A DNA stretch of 64,000 nt from Candidatus Hodarchaeota archaeon (GCA_048887225.1 JBHLJY010000010.1:1-64000); one strand, 5' to 3'; counted from the stretch's first letter, positions 19,798 to 29,553 are shown. Notes: generated from the letters alone by a model not told the origin. Translations and numbers: made by a program.

Positions 19798-21907
19798 TCT
19801 CCTTAAATTTTTTTAATTTATCTTTAGATTCTGGTTTCGTTAATTTGGCCTTTTTCCTGTGATAATAGGTCCCTATTGACACGGCGGCTATAAGTGCTGC
19901 TAGTGTTCCAACTATAATCATTAGAACCAGAGCGATTATTGGTGATTTTTCAAAAGTAGGTGCAGTCATCTCTTCTTCATCCGTTTCAATTGAATTTCCA
20001 GCAAGATCCGTAATTCGTATGTAGTATCGGATTTTTGCGCCCTCTTCCTGATGGGGAAGATCTACATAATACCTACCATCGTTGAGCGGGATGTTATATT
20101 CAAATATACCACCTGGTGCAGGCATTAATGCATAATATCTTCCAATTTGATAATTTTGCTGAACGGGAATCATTTCAACCTCTTTCCAGGGTTCATCGTC
20201 TATAGAATAACAAAAAATGACTTCATCGATAAAAGATCCATAAGCCTCGTCATATACTACTATTTCAAACGCGAAATTTTTGGTGCTTTCATCTGGTTCT
20301 TCTACTTCTGGTTCCCAATAATAAGGTGCGGTTACATCCTTATTTAGTACTTCTAACGTTAAATTTTTGAGTTTGTTAGAATAAGGCACACCATTATAAA
20401 TAAATTGTCTATCAGCTTCTATTATAAAAAGGTTTAAAATACCCCACTCTATAGAATTAAGATACATAAGTATATATGATTCAAGAAGATCGGCATAAAC
20501 TTCCCATGAATAATAATCATCAGGAAAAGGTGTATATTCAAAGTAGCCATCGCTGTAATTTAAAGTATACTGCGGTTTAGTTAAAACCCCGCCTTTATCT
20601 AATTTTGTATGAGGGCTCATATGGGGTCTTACATAAAAAGGGATCGCTCTTGTTTGAGTATAAAGTGTCACGTTATAATTTGCACAATAAGCTTCCATCG
20701 TGAGATTAATTGCTATAGGAGTACTATTATATATTCGCATTGTGAACGGGCCATCACCACATTTAAAATAATCTACTTCTTTGCCTCCTTGTAAAAATTT
20801 AACTTCAAGAGTAGGAACAACCGTAATAACCACATCATCGCCGGCTATATCAGTAAGAGGATCATCAATAGCCCAGATGGTATACTTGTAATGACCAGTT
20901 TCATTTAGAGGAGCTCTAGATGTATTCAAATTATACCTAATTGGGACTCCCGATTGCCAAGAGGGCCAAGAAGGAATATCGCCAAAGAGCCATTCCCATC
21001 CTGTGACATTATTATAAACATTGTATTTATATGGATTATCATCAATACAAATCCATTCTAAGTAATTTCCAGTTGATTTAAATGCGATTATTTGATCTTC
21101 GGGAACAGAGATCAAAGCGGGGGTTCCTTCCCATTCGACAATTAATTTGGGAGTAAATGTTAAATTTCCAAGGTCATAAGACCAGAATTCAAGTAACTCA
21201 CCAGCATCTACGCCATCTGTGGCTTCAATATAAAGTCCAACAAAACTATTGATTGTCCAATTATCAAGATTGACAAGATATTGCAAAAGTAACGAAATAT
21301 TTGGTGATTGATAAGTCACATTAGTACTTATAGGAGATGGCATTTGCCAAGAGACATTAATAGATGTTTTGGGCCGGGTATTTCTAATATCTTCATTAAC
21401 ATCTGAAAAATCTGATGTCTCATTGTCATCAAACGCATAAATTTTGCTTGTAAAGCCGTTGTAGCTAGTCGAAGTAGAGTAAGTAAGATTTAAGTAAGCG
21501 TTAAATATATAGGCATTATTTGGAATGGAAACGTTCCACCTTAAGCAGATTTTCCTATTAGCTGCTGCTGCAGGATCAGAATTCCCTCCTAATTGGAGCG
21601 TATCATCATCATAATCTACATAAGGAGTAGTAACCCCACCTCGATTCCAAGCATCATCCTCAGACTGGCTTATATTATAAATTGTCGTTCTACGTGGAAT
21701 GATTGCACCTTGCGATTTAGGTGGAATATCATCTAAAGTTTCATTTTTTTTTTCTGGGTCTGAAGGAATTTTTTGTTCTGAAGGAATAACAGATTTATTA
21801 CTAAAATTTGGCAGAATCAGAAGAGGTACGAAAATAGAACTCAATACAATAGTAGAACTCAATACGATTAATAGAATCAGTGTAGATTTATTCTTTGAAA
21901 TGCTCAT
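19790..21907 (-). CDS. Membrane-anchored surface protein with DNRLRE-like and Ig-like domains
   Basis: SEDDAW...LRWNVSIPNNAYIFNAYLNL...PKLIVEW; RYYIRITDLAGN; N- and C-terminal TM. Confidence 0.55.
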   Translation of the reverse strand: MSISKNKSTLILLIVLSSTIVLSSIFVPLLILPNFSNKSVIPSEQKIPSDPEKKNETLDDIPPKSQGAIIPRRTTIYNISQSEDDAWNRGGVTTPYVDYDDDTLQLGGNSDPAAAANRKICLRWNVSIPNNAYIFNAYLNLTYSTSTSYNGFTSKIYAFDDNETSDFSDVNEDIRNTRPKTSINVSWQMPSPISTNVTYQSPNISLLLQYLVNLDNWTINSFVGLYIEATDGVDAGELLEFWSYDLGNLTFTPKLIVEWEGTPALISVPEDQIIAFKSTGNYLEWICIDDNPYKYNVYNNVTGWEWLFGDIPSWPSWQSGVPIRYNLNTSRAPLNETGHYKYTIWAIDDPLTDIAGDDVVITVVPTLEVKFLQGGKEVDYFKCGDGPFTMRIYNSTPIAINLTMEAYCANYNVTLYTQTRAIPFYVRPHMSPHTKLDKGGVLTKPQYTLNYSDGYFEYTPFPDDYYSWEVYADLLESYILMYLNSIEWGILNLFIIEADRQFIYNGVPYSNKLKNLTLEVLNKDVTAPYYWEPEVEEPDESTKNFAFEIVVYDEAYGSFIDEVIFCYSIDDEPWKEVEMIPVQQNYQIGRYYALMPAPGGIFEYNIPLNDGRYYVDLPHQEEGAKIRYYIRITDLAGNSIETDEEEMTAPTFEKSPIIALVLMIIVGTLAALIAAVSIGTYYHRKKAKLTKPESKDKLKKFKESG

Positions 21908-22733
21908 TGGTTTTTTTCCTCCTGATTTTGTTTTTTATGTCTTTAAGCTTTATCCCTTTTTTCCTCATTACGATGTAAACAATCGTGAGCGTCGCAATAA
22001 CAGCAACTACTATTAAAACGATTGGTATTATATAGGCGAGTGGGTTTTCAAGGGCGAATTCTAAGACTACTTCCTCATCTTCATTTAGAATTTTAAACGA
22101 AGACATAATGCCCTCATCGTTGTATTCCATTTCGATTAAAATATTTTTCTTATGAATGTCAGAATCGTACCAATTTAACCGTTCTTTTCCATCTAATTCA
22201 TAATATAAGATGTTTTCATCAATATACCACCACTTATATAATTCTAATGCGTCTAAATACATTTCTACCTCGTAAGGAATCCAAGGCACAAAAATAACGA
22301 CAAACTCTAAATCTGATTTGTAATCCTCTGGATTTGTGAACCAGGAATACTGCTCATCTTCATAGTCTGCACCTCCAAATTCAGCTTTATCCGTCCATAT
22401 CCAATAATCATACTTGACGGTGAGAGCATCTTCGTAAAGTTTGGTCTTAGATGAATACATACTATCTTCGTCGTCAATCTCGGTAATCTTCCATTTCATC
22501 TTAGCGCCCTCTTTTATTCCCTCAAATATCTCATAATCTTCATAATGATTTCCCCAAATATCAATCATACCATCCTCATCTATAGTTTTACAAATATATA
22601 TGAATTCAACTCCTTCTTTAAATCCAACTTCGTAATATTCGTCGTCATCATCGTTGGCAACTGTATTCGTTGTCATTCCGATAATAATTGTCGCAAAAAG
22701 TAAAAAACTAATTAAAAATAGTTTTTTTTTCAT
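21888..22733 (-). CDS. Acidic secreted protein with C-terminal TM anchor
   Basis: MKKKLFLISFLLFA signal peptide; D/E/Y-rich body; TM IIPIVLIVVAVIATLTIVYIVM + basic tail. Confidence 0.7.
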   Translation of the reverse strand: MKKKLFLISFLLFATIIIGMTTNTVANDDDDEYYEVGFKEGVEFIYICKTIDEDGMIDIWGNHYEDYEIFEGIKEGAKMKWKITEIDDEDSMYSSKTKLYEDALTVKYDYWIWTDKAEFGGADYEDEQYSWFTNPEDYKSDLEFVVIFVPWIPYEVEMYLDALELYKWWYIDENILYYELDGKERLNWYDSDIHKKNILIEMEYNDEGIMSSFKILNEDEEVVLEFALENPLAYIIPIVLIVVAVIATLTIVYIVMRKKGIKLKDIKNKIRRKKTNEHFKE

Positions 22734-22769
22734 TTTTTCACCTTAATTAATATATGTTTTTCTTTACAC

Positions 22770-22834
22770 TTTTTTTGGTAAATTTTATTTTGCTTGTTTC
22801 GGTTTGAAACAAGCTTAAAAATAAATAAACTAAA
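22770..22834 (-). promoter_or_regulatory. Conserved 5'-leader hairpin element, copy 3
   Basis: Perfect hairpin 22792-22814 identical to copy 1; TATA TTTAAATA at 22913-22906. Confidence 0.75.
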
Positions 22835-22922
22835 TGTTTTAAATTGGCGATATTGGCATATCTAAATATCACAATACCGCCATAAAAATAAAATAAATAT
22901 CATCATATTTAAATATATCTGA

Positions 22923-23001
22923 TCACTTCTCTTCTTCCTCATTTAAGGTGTTACAAACTATAAATGAATATATTGCTTTCATTAAAACCAACCTCGTAAT
23001 A
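22923..23001 (-). pseudogene. Frameshifted fragment paralogous to the N-terminal part of 21888..22733
   Basis: Translates YYEVGFNESNIFIY / VCNTLNEE versus YYEVGFKEGVEFIYICKTIDED. Confidence 0.7.
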
Positions 23002-23120
23002 CCCAAGGTTTAATCCGACCTCCTTAATTATGATAATATGCTAATGGTCATCGAATAAAGATAACCATTAGAAAACAACAATATAGGGATACATCGATGT
23101 CTTTGAAATAAATTTCATCA

Positions 23121-23207
23121 TATATAAACGAAATTAGTCAATTATTGAAGTATCAAATTTTCTAAATTTAATTTTAAATAAGTTATTTAACCTATTTTAT
23201 ATATTGA
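23121..23207 (-). promoter_or_regulatory. Repeated promoter module, copy D (partial)
   Basis: TTTATATA 23128-23121; degenerate palindrome starting 23164. Confidence 0.6.
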
Positions 23208-23390
23208 AGATTTTACCATCCAGATTATTCTTTTTAGTTAATAAACGACCGTTTCGGGCTGAAAAATCAAAATTATATAGCCTAAAAATATCTCCTTAGA
23301 ATTTTGAAATTAATTTTTAAATAAACTAATATTATTTTCAAGATTGGATTTTTCACAGGTATAAAAAAAATAAAGTAAAAACTTACAACG

Positions 23391-24044
23391 CTATGTAGTT
23401 TGTTTTTCTTTTAAAAAATATAATATCTTATTAGATTTATTTTCTTTAGATATTATATCACAATCTTCAAGAGAGTTAACATATTTTTCAATCGTATAAT
23501 GATGGATCTTTAGGTCTTTGGAAAGTTTGGTTTTTGTAATTCCAAAATCGTTAAATTTTAAATAATTAATAATCTTTTTAATTTTTTCTTTTGAAGTTAA
23601 GTAATATCTGCTAATATCTCTTATATCTATATTTGAATCAAAGTACAATACATGATTATCAATAATTGTTTTCTTAATGAAATCAAATTTTACAAGAACG
23701 CTTAAGTGCCAAAAAACAACAACATTGCTTATATTTAAGTCCTTAGCAATATTATTAAGATATTGTCCTGGATTTTCTTTAATATAATTGTATATTTTTT
23801 TTCTTCTTGAGTAGTTTAATACATCTTTTCTTGTTAATTTGGATCCTTCAGCAATCATTTTCTTTTTTGCTAAAGATATTATGATCTTCGTAATTCCTTC
23901 ATTATTAATATTTATTGATGATTTAGCAAATCTGGAATTGATATAAGAAATTATTTTTTTTATTTCAAATACTCGATTTTTATTTAAGTAATCTTTAATT
24001 ACCTCAAATACAATGTCTTCATGCTTTACTGAGATCCGTTTCAT
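23391..24044 (-). CDS. Tandem winged-helix transcriptional regulator
   Basis: RRKKIYNYIKENPG...IAKDLNIS...WHLSVL and a second wHTH GITKTKLSKDLKIHHYTIEKYV. Confidence 0.8.
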   Translation of the reverse strand: MKRISVKHEDIVFEVIKDYLNKNRVFEIKKIISYINSRFAKSSININNEGITKIIISLAKKKMIAEGSKLTRKDVLNYSRRKKIYNYIKENPGQYLNNIAKDLNISNVVVFWHLSVLVKFDFIKKTIIDNHVLYFDSNIDIRDISRYYLTSKEKIKKIINYLKFNDFGITKTKLSKDLKIHHYTIEKYVNSLEDCDIISKENKSNKILYFLKEKQTT

Positions 24045-26045
24045 TTAATTACACCACTCATCAATATATTCTTGTTGATTAGTATTCTCTGAATCCGATT
24101 CCTTTAATTTCACTATTCCATCAAAGATTTTCTGTCTTTCTTCAGGTGTAAAAGAGAGCATGTTTTTTATAAATTCTACTTTATCTTTATCATCAAGGTC
24201 AAAGTCTTCTATTTTTTCCCAGAATTCGTCTGATATTGCAGTAACATCTAAATCATAAAATAAAGCAGGTTTTTCAAGAGCATTTTTATCATTTAAAACT
24301 CTGAGAAGATTTTTATTTTCCACATATTCTTTTATGTTCGTCGATTTGATAATATTTTTATCGGAACTCTTAATTAAAGGTTTAGTATTAAGTGTTTCTT
24401 TTTGAGTTGACTTAGCTATTGTTTTACTTCTTGTTTTATAGTAATGCATTGAAGTAGCTGTGATTATACTTAAAGAACAAATAATTATTGCGAGAATTAA
24501 TAAGATAAATATATTGATATAATCGATTCCATCATCAACGTCACTCTTACTGCTTGATATTGGAAAAAAATCAAATGATTTTATCTCGCCAGTAAGAGCA
24601 AAAATCGATGTATGATTTATTGAAACAACTATTAAACCATTACCAAGATCGGTAAACTGAATTTCTTCCCATGCTCCATCTCCATCATTGGCATCAGAAT
24701 TAAACCAACATACTTTTATATTGTTATATTTATTGCGATCGAATATGATTGTAATATTAATAGGAGCTTCATGGGTTTGATCTAAATTATCAGTATCGTT
24801 AAGTTCTAACTCTATAAATACAATCTCGTTATCAAGAGGGTCATACGTTGGAGTTTCGTTAAAAGCAGAAAAAAATACTTTGGTGTCATCTATAAGCGCA
24901 ATTGAAATATTAACATCAACATTATCAACACCATAGGGTTCAATTTCTAATTCATTTATTCCAGCAAACATTATTTTTGTATAATAAGTATTATTCTCAA
25001 TTATATTCCCAAAACACCCATTTGCTTCAGTAATAGAAAATACATTACCAACTATGGTGTTCCATGAGACATTATTATAATTAGTATAATATAAATAAAT
25101 TCCATATGTGTTATTATTAATGATGTTTGCCGAAATAGTATTATTGTTACTATATGATAATTTAATCCCTTCTGCGTTGTTGATTACAGTGTTTCTCGAG
25201 ATGTTGTTATTATCACAGAAGAGTAAAAATATTCCGTTTCCGTTGTTCTCATTTGCGGTGTTTCCCCAAATGAAGTTATTATTGCTACCTAAACATAATG
25301 CTATCCCCCATATCGCATTAGAAGATAAATCATTGAGGATAATCTGATTATTAGTACTAGAATCTAAGTATATCCCATATATATTATTAAACACTCGATT
25401 CTTGTAAATTATGTTATTATCGCTATTAGATAAATATATCCCAATGTTATTATACGCAGTATTTTCCGAGACTGTGTTATTAGATATAGTGTTATTATCG
25501 CTATTATATAGAATTATTCCATGTTGTAGGTTTCTATTTACGATATTATTAAAAATGGTGTTATTATTACTAAATTCTAAAAGGATACCATGTTTATTAT
25601 CAAACGAGCAGTTATTATTAATTAAAGTTCCATTATTAACATTAATCAATTTGATTCCTGCATCGCCCCATAATGATCCTGAATTATAAACTGTACAATT
25701 TACAATTCTGAAATAAGCACTTGAATTCTCAATAATAATACCACTATCCGAACCCCCAGCGTCTATTTTTATGTTTTCGATAACATAAGGATCATCCCAA
25801 CTTCCATTGCCTCTACACCAATCATAGCTGGCAGCAATCGACCAATTAGCATCAGTAATATGAATAAATGTAAAATTATTCCACGTTTTAGAAGTTTTTG
25901 CGCGATTCCTGCTAACATTGCTATTATTATTTTGTATATTTTCTTCAGTTTCTATTATATTACTGTTTAAATTACTACTGATAACACTTGATAAAACAAA
26001 AAAAGCAATTAAAGCAATTATAAATATTTCTTTTTTTCTTTTCAT
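24045..26045 (-). CDS. Single-pass membrane protein: NosD beta-helix + Ig-like ectodomain, TM, helical cytoplasmic tail
   Basis: Signal peptide, CRGNGSWDDPYVI, beta-helix repeats, NHTSIFAL, TM, tail EFWEKI...LSFTPEERQKIF. Confidence 0.78.
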   Translation of the reverse strand: MKRKKEIFIIALIAFFVLSSVISSNLNSNIIETEENIQNNNSNVSRNRAKTSKTWNNFTFIHITDANWSIAASYDWCRGNGSWDDPYVIENIKIDAGGSDSGIIIENSSAYFRIVNCTVYNSGSLWGDAGIKLINVNNGTLINNNCSFDNKHGILLEFSNNNTIFNNIVNRNLQHGIILYNSDNNTISNNTVSENTAYNNIGIYLSNSDNNIIYKNRVFNNIYGIYLDSSTNNQIILNDLSSNAIWGIALCLGSNNNFIWGNTANENNGNGIFLLFCDNNNISRNTVINNAEGIKLSYSNNNTISANIINNNTYGIYLYYTNYNNVSWNTIVGNVFSITEANGCFGNIIENNTYYTKIMFAGINELEIEPYGVDNVDVNISIALIDDTKVFFSAFNETPTYDPLDNEIVFIELELNDTDNLDQTHEAPINITIIFDRNKYNNIKVCWFNSDANDGDGAWEEIQFTDLGNGLIVVSINHTSIFALTGEIKSFDFFPISSSKSDVDDGIDYINIFILLILAIIICSLSIITATSMHYYKTRSKTIAKSTQKETLNTKPLIKSSDKNIIKSTNIKEYVENKNLLRVLNDKNALEKPALFYDLDVTAISDEFWEKIEDFDLDDKDKVEFIKNMLSFTPEERQKIFDGIVKLKESDSENTNQQEYIDEWCN

Positions 26046-26061
26046 ACAGTTTAGTTCTTTA

Positions 26062-26112
26062 TTTTAGTAAATCTATTTTGATTATCTTGGTTTGAAATTA
26101 GCTTAAAACTAA
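26062..26112 (-). promoter_or_regulatory. Degenerate copy 4 of the leader hairpin element
   Basis: gtaaatctattttgattatcttggtttgaaattagcttaaaa aligns with copies 1-3; several pairs are broken. Confidence 0.55.
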
Positions 26113-26434
26113 GTGTTTTACTCAAATTCCTATGATAATATTTTTTTTTCAAATTTTTTTTAATACTAATGATAACTAATTCTTCTTAATAAAGATTGTG
26201 CGATATTGATCATCACTCCTTATTATTCCCCAGAAAGGTTTTTAGTCAATATTGATAAGATTTAATCTAAGGAATGTAGAATAAAAAAATGGAAATTTAA
26301 AAAAGGAAGGTTTCTGACAATAAATATCTAAAATCAATAGATATTTAAATATATGCAATTATTATGCAGATGGGATTAAGTAAGAATATAAAGTCATAAA
26401 AAAAACAAGAGTAAAATTTGAAAAATGAGAAAAA

Positions 26435-29068
26435 ATGGCTTATCAAAAAGAAAATTTTCGTGAAAAATATAGAGATTTGTTTGAATATTCATTAGATTTA
26501 ATTTACCTTCATGATTTAAAAGGTACTATCTTGGATGCAAATAACACAACATTAACGAGTTTTGGCTATAATCAAGAAGATCTCTCGAACATTTCCTTTA
26601 TAGATTTAATCGATAATGAGCAGGTAACAAAATTTTTTAATGCTTTAAAAGAAATTGAGGAAAATGGAAAATCTTTGAAAAAATACGTATACAAAATCAA
26701 AAGAAAAGATGGAAATTATCTTTATATTAAAACACATGGAATACCGCTCAGGAAAAACGATGTAATTTATGCTATATTAAATATTGGAAATGATATCACT
26801 GAGCGCATGATTAAAAAAAAAACCCTAAAAGAATCTGAAGAAAGATATCGGCTTTTCTTGGAAAATGCAAATGATTTAATTTCCATTATTAACGAGAAAT
26901 TTGAATTTAAATACATCAACGAAAAAGTTCATAAAAAATTAATGGGATATTCAAATGAAGATTTAATAGGTAAGTATGTATTAAAATTTATCCATCCAGA
27001 TGATGTTGAAAAAGTCAATGAAGCTGTAAATAAAGCTTTGGAAAGTGCCGAAGCAAATGTAGAAATAAGATTTCGAAATAAAAAAGGGGATTATATTTGG
27101 CTTGAAGTTAGGGGAAAGGTATTTTTCGATAATAATGACCAAAAAGGTCTTTTAATTTCAAGAGATATTTCAGAGCGCAAAAATACGGAACAAAGGTTAA
27201 AAGAATCCGCAGAAAAATACCGCCTTATCACGGAAAATGCAAATGATTTAATTGTTATCCTAGATGAAAAATTTAAAGTTGAATACGTTAATGAACAAGT
27301 TGTTTCGAAATTTTGGGGATACTCAAAAGAAGAAATAGTCGGTAAATCTTCATTAGAATTCATACATCCAGACGATCATAAAATTGCTATTGAATCCCTT
27401 AAGAAAGGATTTATAGATGGCGCAGGCTCTGCAGAAATAAGGCTTAAAAATAAAATGGGAGATTGGTTATGGTTCGAATGTCTGGGAAATATATTTCTTA
27501 ATACAAAAGGCGAATCAAAAGCTCTAATCATTTGTAGAGATGTGGATGAAAAATATAAAACAAATCAAACACTAAAAGAATCTGAAGAAAAATACCGGCT
27601 TATCTCTGAAAATGCAAATGATTTAATTGTAATTTTAAATAATAAATTTATAGTTGAATACGTTAATGAACAAGTTGTCTCGAGATTATGGGGATATTCA
27701 GGAAAAGAAATAGTCAGTAAATCTGGATTAGAATTCATACATCCCGACGATCATATAATTGCTCTTGAAGCCTTTAGGAAAGCGCTTATAGATGGCGTAG
27801 GCTATACAGAAATAAGGCTTAAAAATAAAATTGGAAATTGGTTATGGTTTCAAATTAGTGGAACTAAATTTCTTAATAATAAAGGTGAAGTAAAGCTTCT
27901 CATAATTGGAAGAGATGTGAATGAAAGATATACAACAGAGCAAAAATTAAAAAATTCAGAACGAGATCTTAAGGAGCGAGTTAAAGAACTCACTTGTTTA
28001 TACGAATTATCAAAGCTTCTTGAAAATCCAAATCTTTCTTTAGAAGAAATAATAAAAAAAACTCTCAATTTAATTCTATCTGCATGTAAATTTCCTAATT
28101 CTACATGTGTGAAGATTATATTTAATACTAATGAGTTTAAAACGAGTAATTTTATGGAGACAGAATATGAATTATCAATGAGTATTGAAGTCCAAAAAAA
28201 AGAATTGAACATTAAACTTTATCATCTTGATGATAAACCATTTCTCAAGGAAGAAGAAAATTTAATAATGGATATCGGAAAGCGATTAAAAGCTATTATT
28301 GAGAAAATACAAGCTGAGGATAAATTACGACAATTTATTTCCTTAGTTTCTCACGAATTACGAAATCCAATATCAGTACTTGTACAGACATTAAACAACT
28401 TGGAAAAGTACAAGGATAAAATTTCAAAAGAAATGAAAATCAAATTAAATGAAGCTCTCTCTCGAAATGTTAAATTACTATTTGATTTAGTAGAAGATCT
28501 TTTAATAACTTCTAGAATTGATGAGAAAAGAATAAAGTTAATCTGGAGAGAGTACCGACCTTATCAAATTATTCGTGATTTGATAGAGCTAATGAATCCC
28601 ATTCGAGAGATGAAAGAAATAACTATTGAGCTTAATATAGATAAAGAACTTCAATTATTCGGAGATTACAGAAGAATAAGTCAAATTTTTAGAATTTTAC
28701 TCGATAATGCCTTAAAATACTCCTATGAAAAGTCAAAGATAATCATTAATACTGTGGATCATTACAAAGGAAAATATAATTCACAGGAGATTGATGGTGT
28801 ATTATTTCAATTCAAAGATTTTGGATTAGGCATCAGTGAAGAAGATTTACCACATTTATTTGAGCGTTTCTTCAGAGCAAGAAACGTGGAAACTATTTCT
28901 GGAACAGGTTTAGGATTAGCTATTGCAAAAGAATTAATAAATCTTCATTATGGAGAAATATTTGTTGAGAGTAAGTATGGAATAGGAACGACTTTTTCGG
29001 TATTTCTCCCAAGATTGGAAAAGTTCTTAGAAAACGAAATAAATGGTCAATTAATAAGTATAAAATAG
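26435..29068 (+). CDS. Soluble multi-PAS sensor histidine kinase (4 PAS/PAC + GAF-like + HisKA + HATPase)
   Basis: FIHPDD and DITER/DISER PAS motifs; H-box SHELRNP; N-box LLDNALKYS; FERFFR; GTGLGL. Confidence 0.95.
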   Translation: MAYQKENFREKYRDLFEYSLDLIYLHDLKGTILDANNTTLTSFGYNQEDLSNISFIDLIDNEQVTKFFNALKEIEENGKSLKKYVYKIKRKDGNYLYIKTHGIPLRKNDVIYAILNIGNDITERMIKKKTLKESEERYRLFLENANDLISIINEKFEFKYINEKVHKKLMGYSNEDLIGKYVLKFIHPDDVEKVNEAVNKALESAEANVEIRFRNKKGDYIWLEVRGKVFFDNNDQKGLLISRDISERKNTEQRLKESAEKYRLITENANDLIVILDEKFKVEYVNEQVVSKFWGYSKEEIVGKSSLEFIHPDDHKIAIESLKKGFIDGAGSAEIRLKNKMGDWLWFECLGNIFLNTKGESKALIICRDVDEKYKTNQTLKESEEKYRLISENANDLIVILNNKFIVEYVNEQVVSRLWGYSGKEIVSKSGLEFIHPDDHIIALEAFRKALIDGVGYTEIRLKNKIGNWLWFQISGTKFLNNKGEVKLLIIGRDVNERYTTEQKLKNSERDLKERVKELTCLYELSKLLENPNLSLEEIIKKTLNLILSACKFPNSTCVKIIFNTNEFKTSNFMETEYELSMSIEVQKKELNIKLYHLDDKPFLKEEENLIMDIGKRLKAIIEKIQAEDKLRQFISLVSHELRNPISVLVQTLNNLEKYKDKISKEMKIKLNEALSRNVKLLFDLVEDLLITSRIDEKRIKLIWREYRPYQIIRDLIELMNPIREMKEITIELNIDKELQLFGDYRRISQIFRILLDNALKYSYEKSKIIINTVDHYKGKYNSQEIDGVLFQFKDFGLGISEEDLPHLFERFFRARNVETISGTGLGLAIAKELINLHYGEIFVESKYGIGTTFSVFLPRLEKFLENEINGQLISIK

Positions 29069-29101
29069 AAAAAAATAACGTGTAATTAAGGTTGAAAAAA
29101 A

Positions 29102-29479
29102 ATGAACCCGCTAATACTTATAGTTGATGATAATGTTGATTTGTTATTAAATCTACAAATGACCTTGGAATTCAATAATTATAAAGTTCTTTCCGCAGAA
29201 AATGGAAAAGAGGCTTTAAAAATTCTCAAAGAAATTGATTACCTTCCAGAACTCATTATAAGTGACATTATGATGCCTAAAATGAATGGATATGAATTAT
29301 TCAAGACTGTATCCAAAAATTCGCGTTGGAATAGTGTTCCCTTTTTATTTTTGAGTGCATACTCTCCTACAAAAGAAGATATAATAGATAATAATATCAA
29401 TACCAATGATATTATCATTAAACCATTTAAAGAAGATGAGTTACTCAGAATTATTTCTGATAAAATAACTATGAAATAA
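29102..29479 (+). CDS. Single-domain response regulator
   Basis: ILIVDDN, SDIMMPKMNG, FLSA, KPF. Confidence 0.92.
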   Translation: MNPLILIVDDNVDLLLNLQMTLEFNNYKVLSAENGKEALKILKEIDYLPELIISDIMMPKMNGYELFKTVSKNSRWNSVPFLFLSAYSPTKEDIIDNNINTNDIIIKPFKEDELLRIISDKITMK

Positions 29480-29553
29480 GAGAAAAATTTTTTCTCTTTA
29501 AAATTTATAGATCTAAAATAGTAAAAAATAAAACAAAAAAAAGTTGTAAAAAT

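Noticed and set aside
13394-22814. GTTTC...GAAAC hairpin repeats resembling CRISPR repeats or integron attC sites
   Set aside because: Copies are kilobases apart with no 30-40 nt spacers; no cas gene or integrase in the window; their position before start codons fits a leader element
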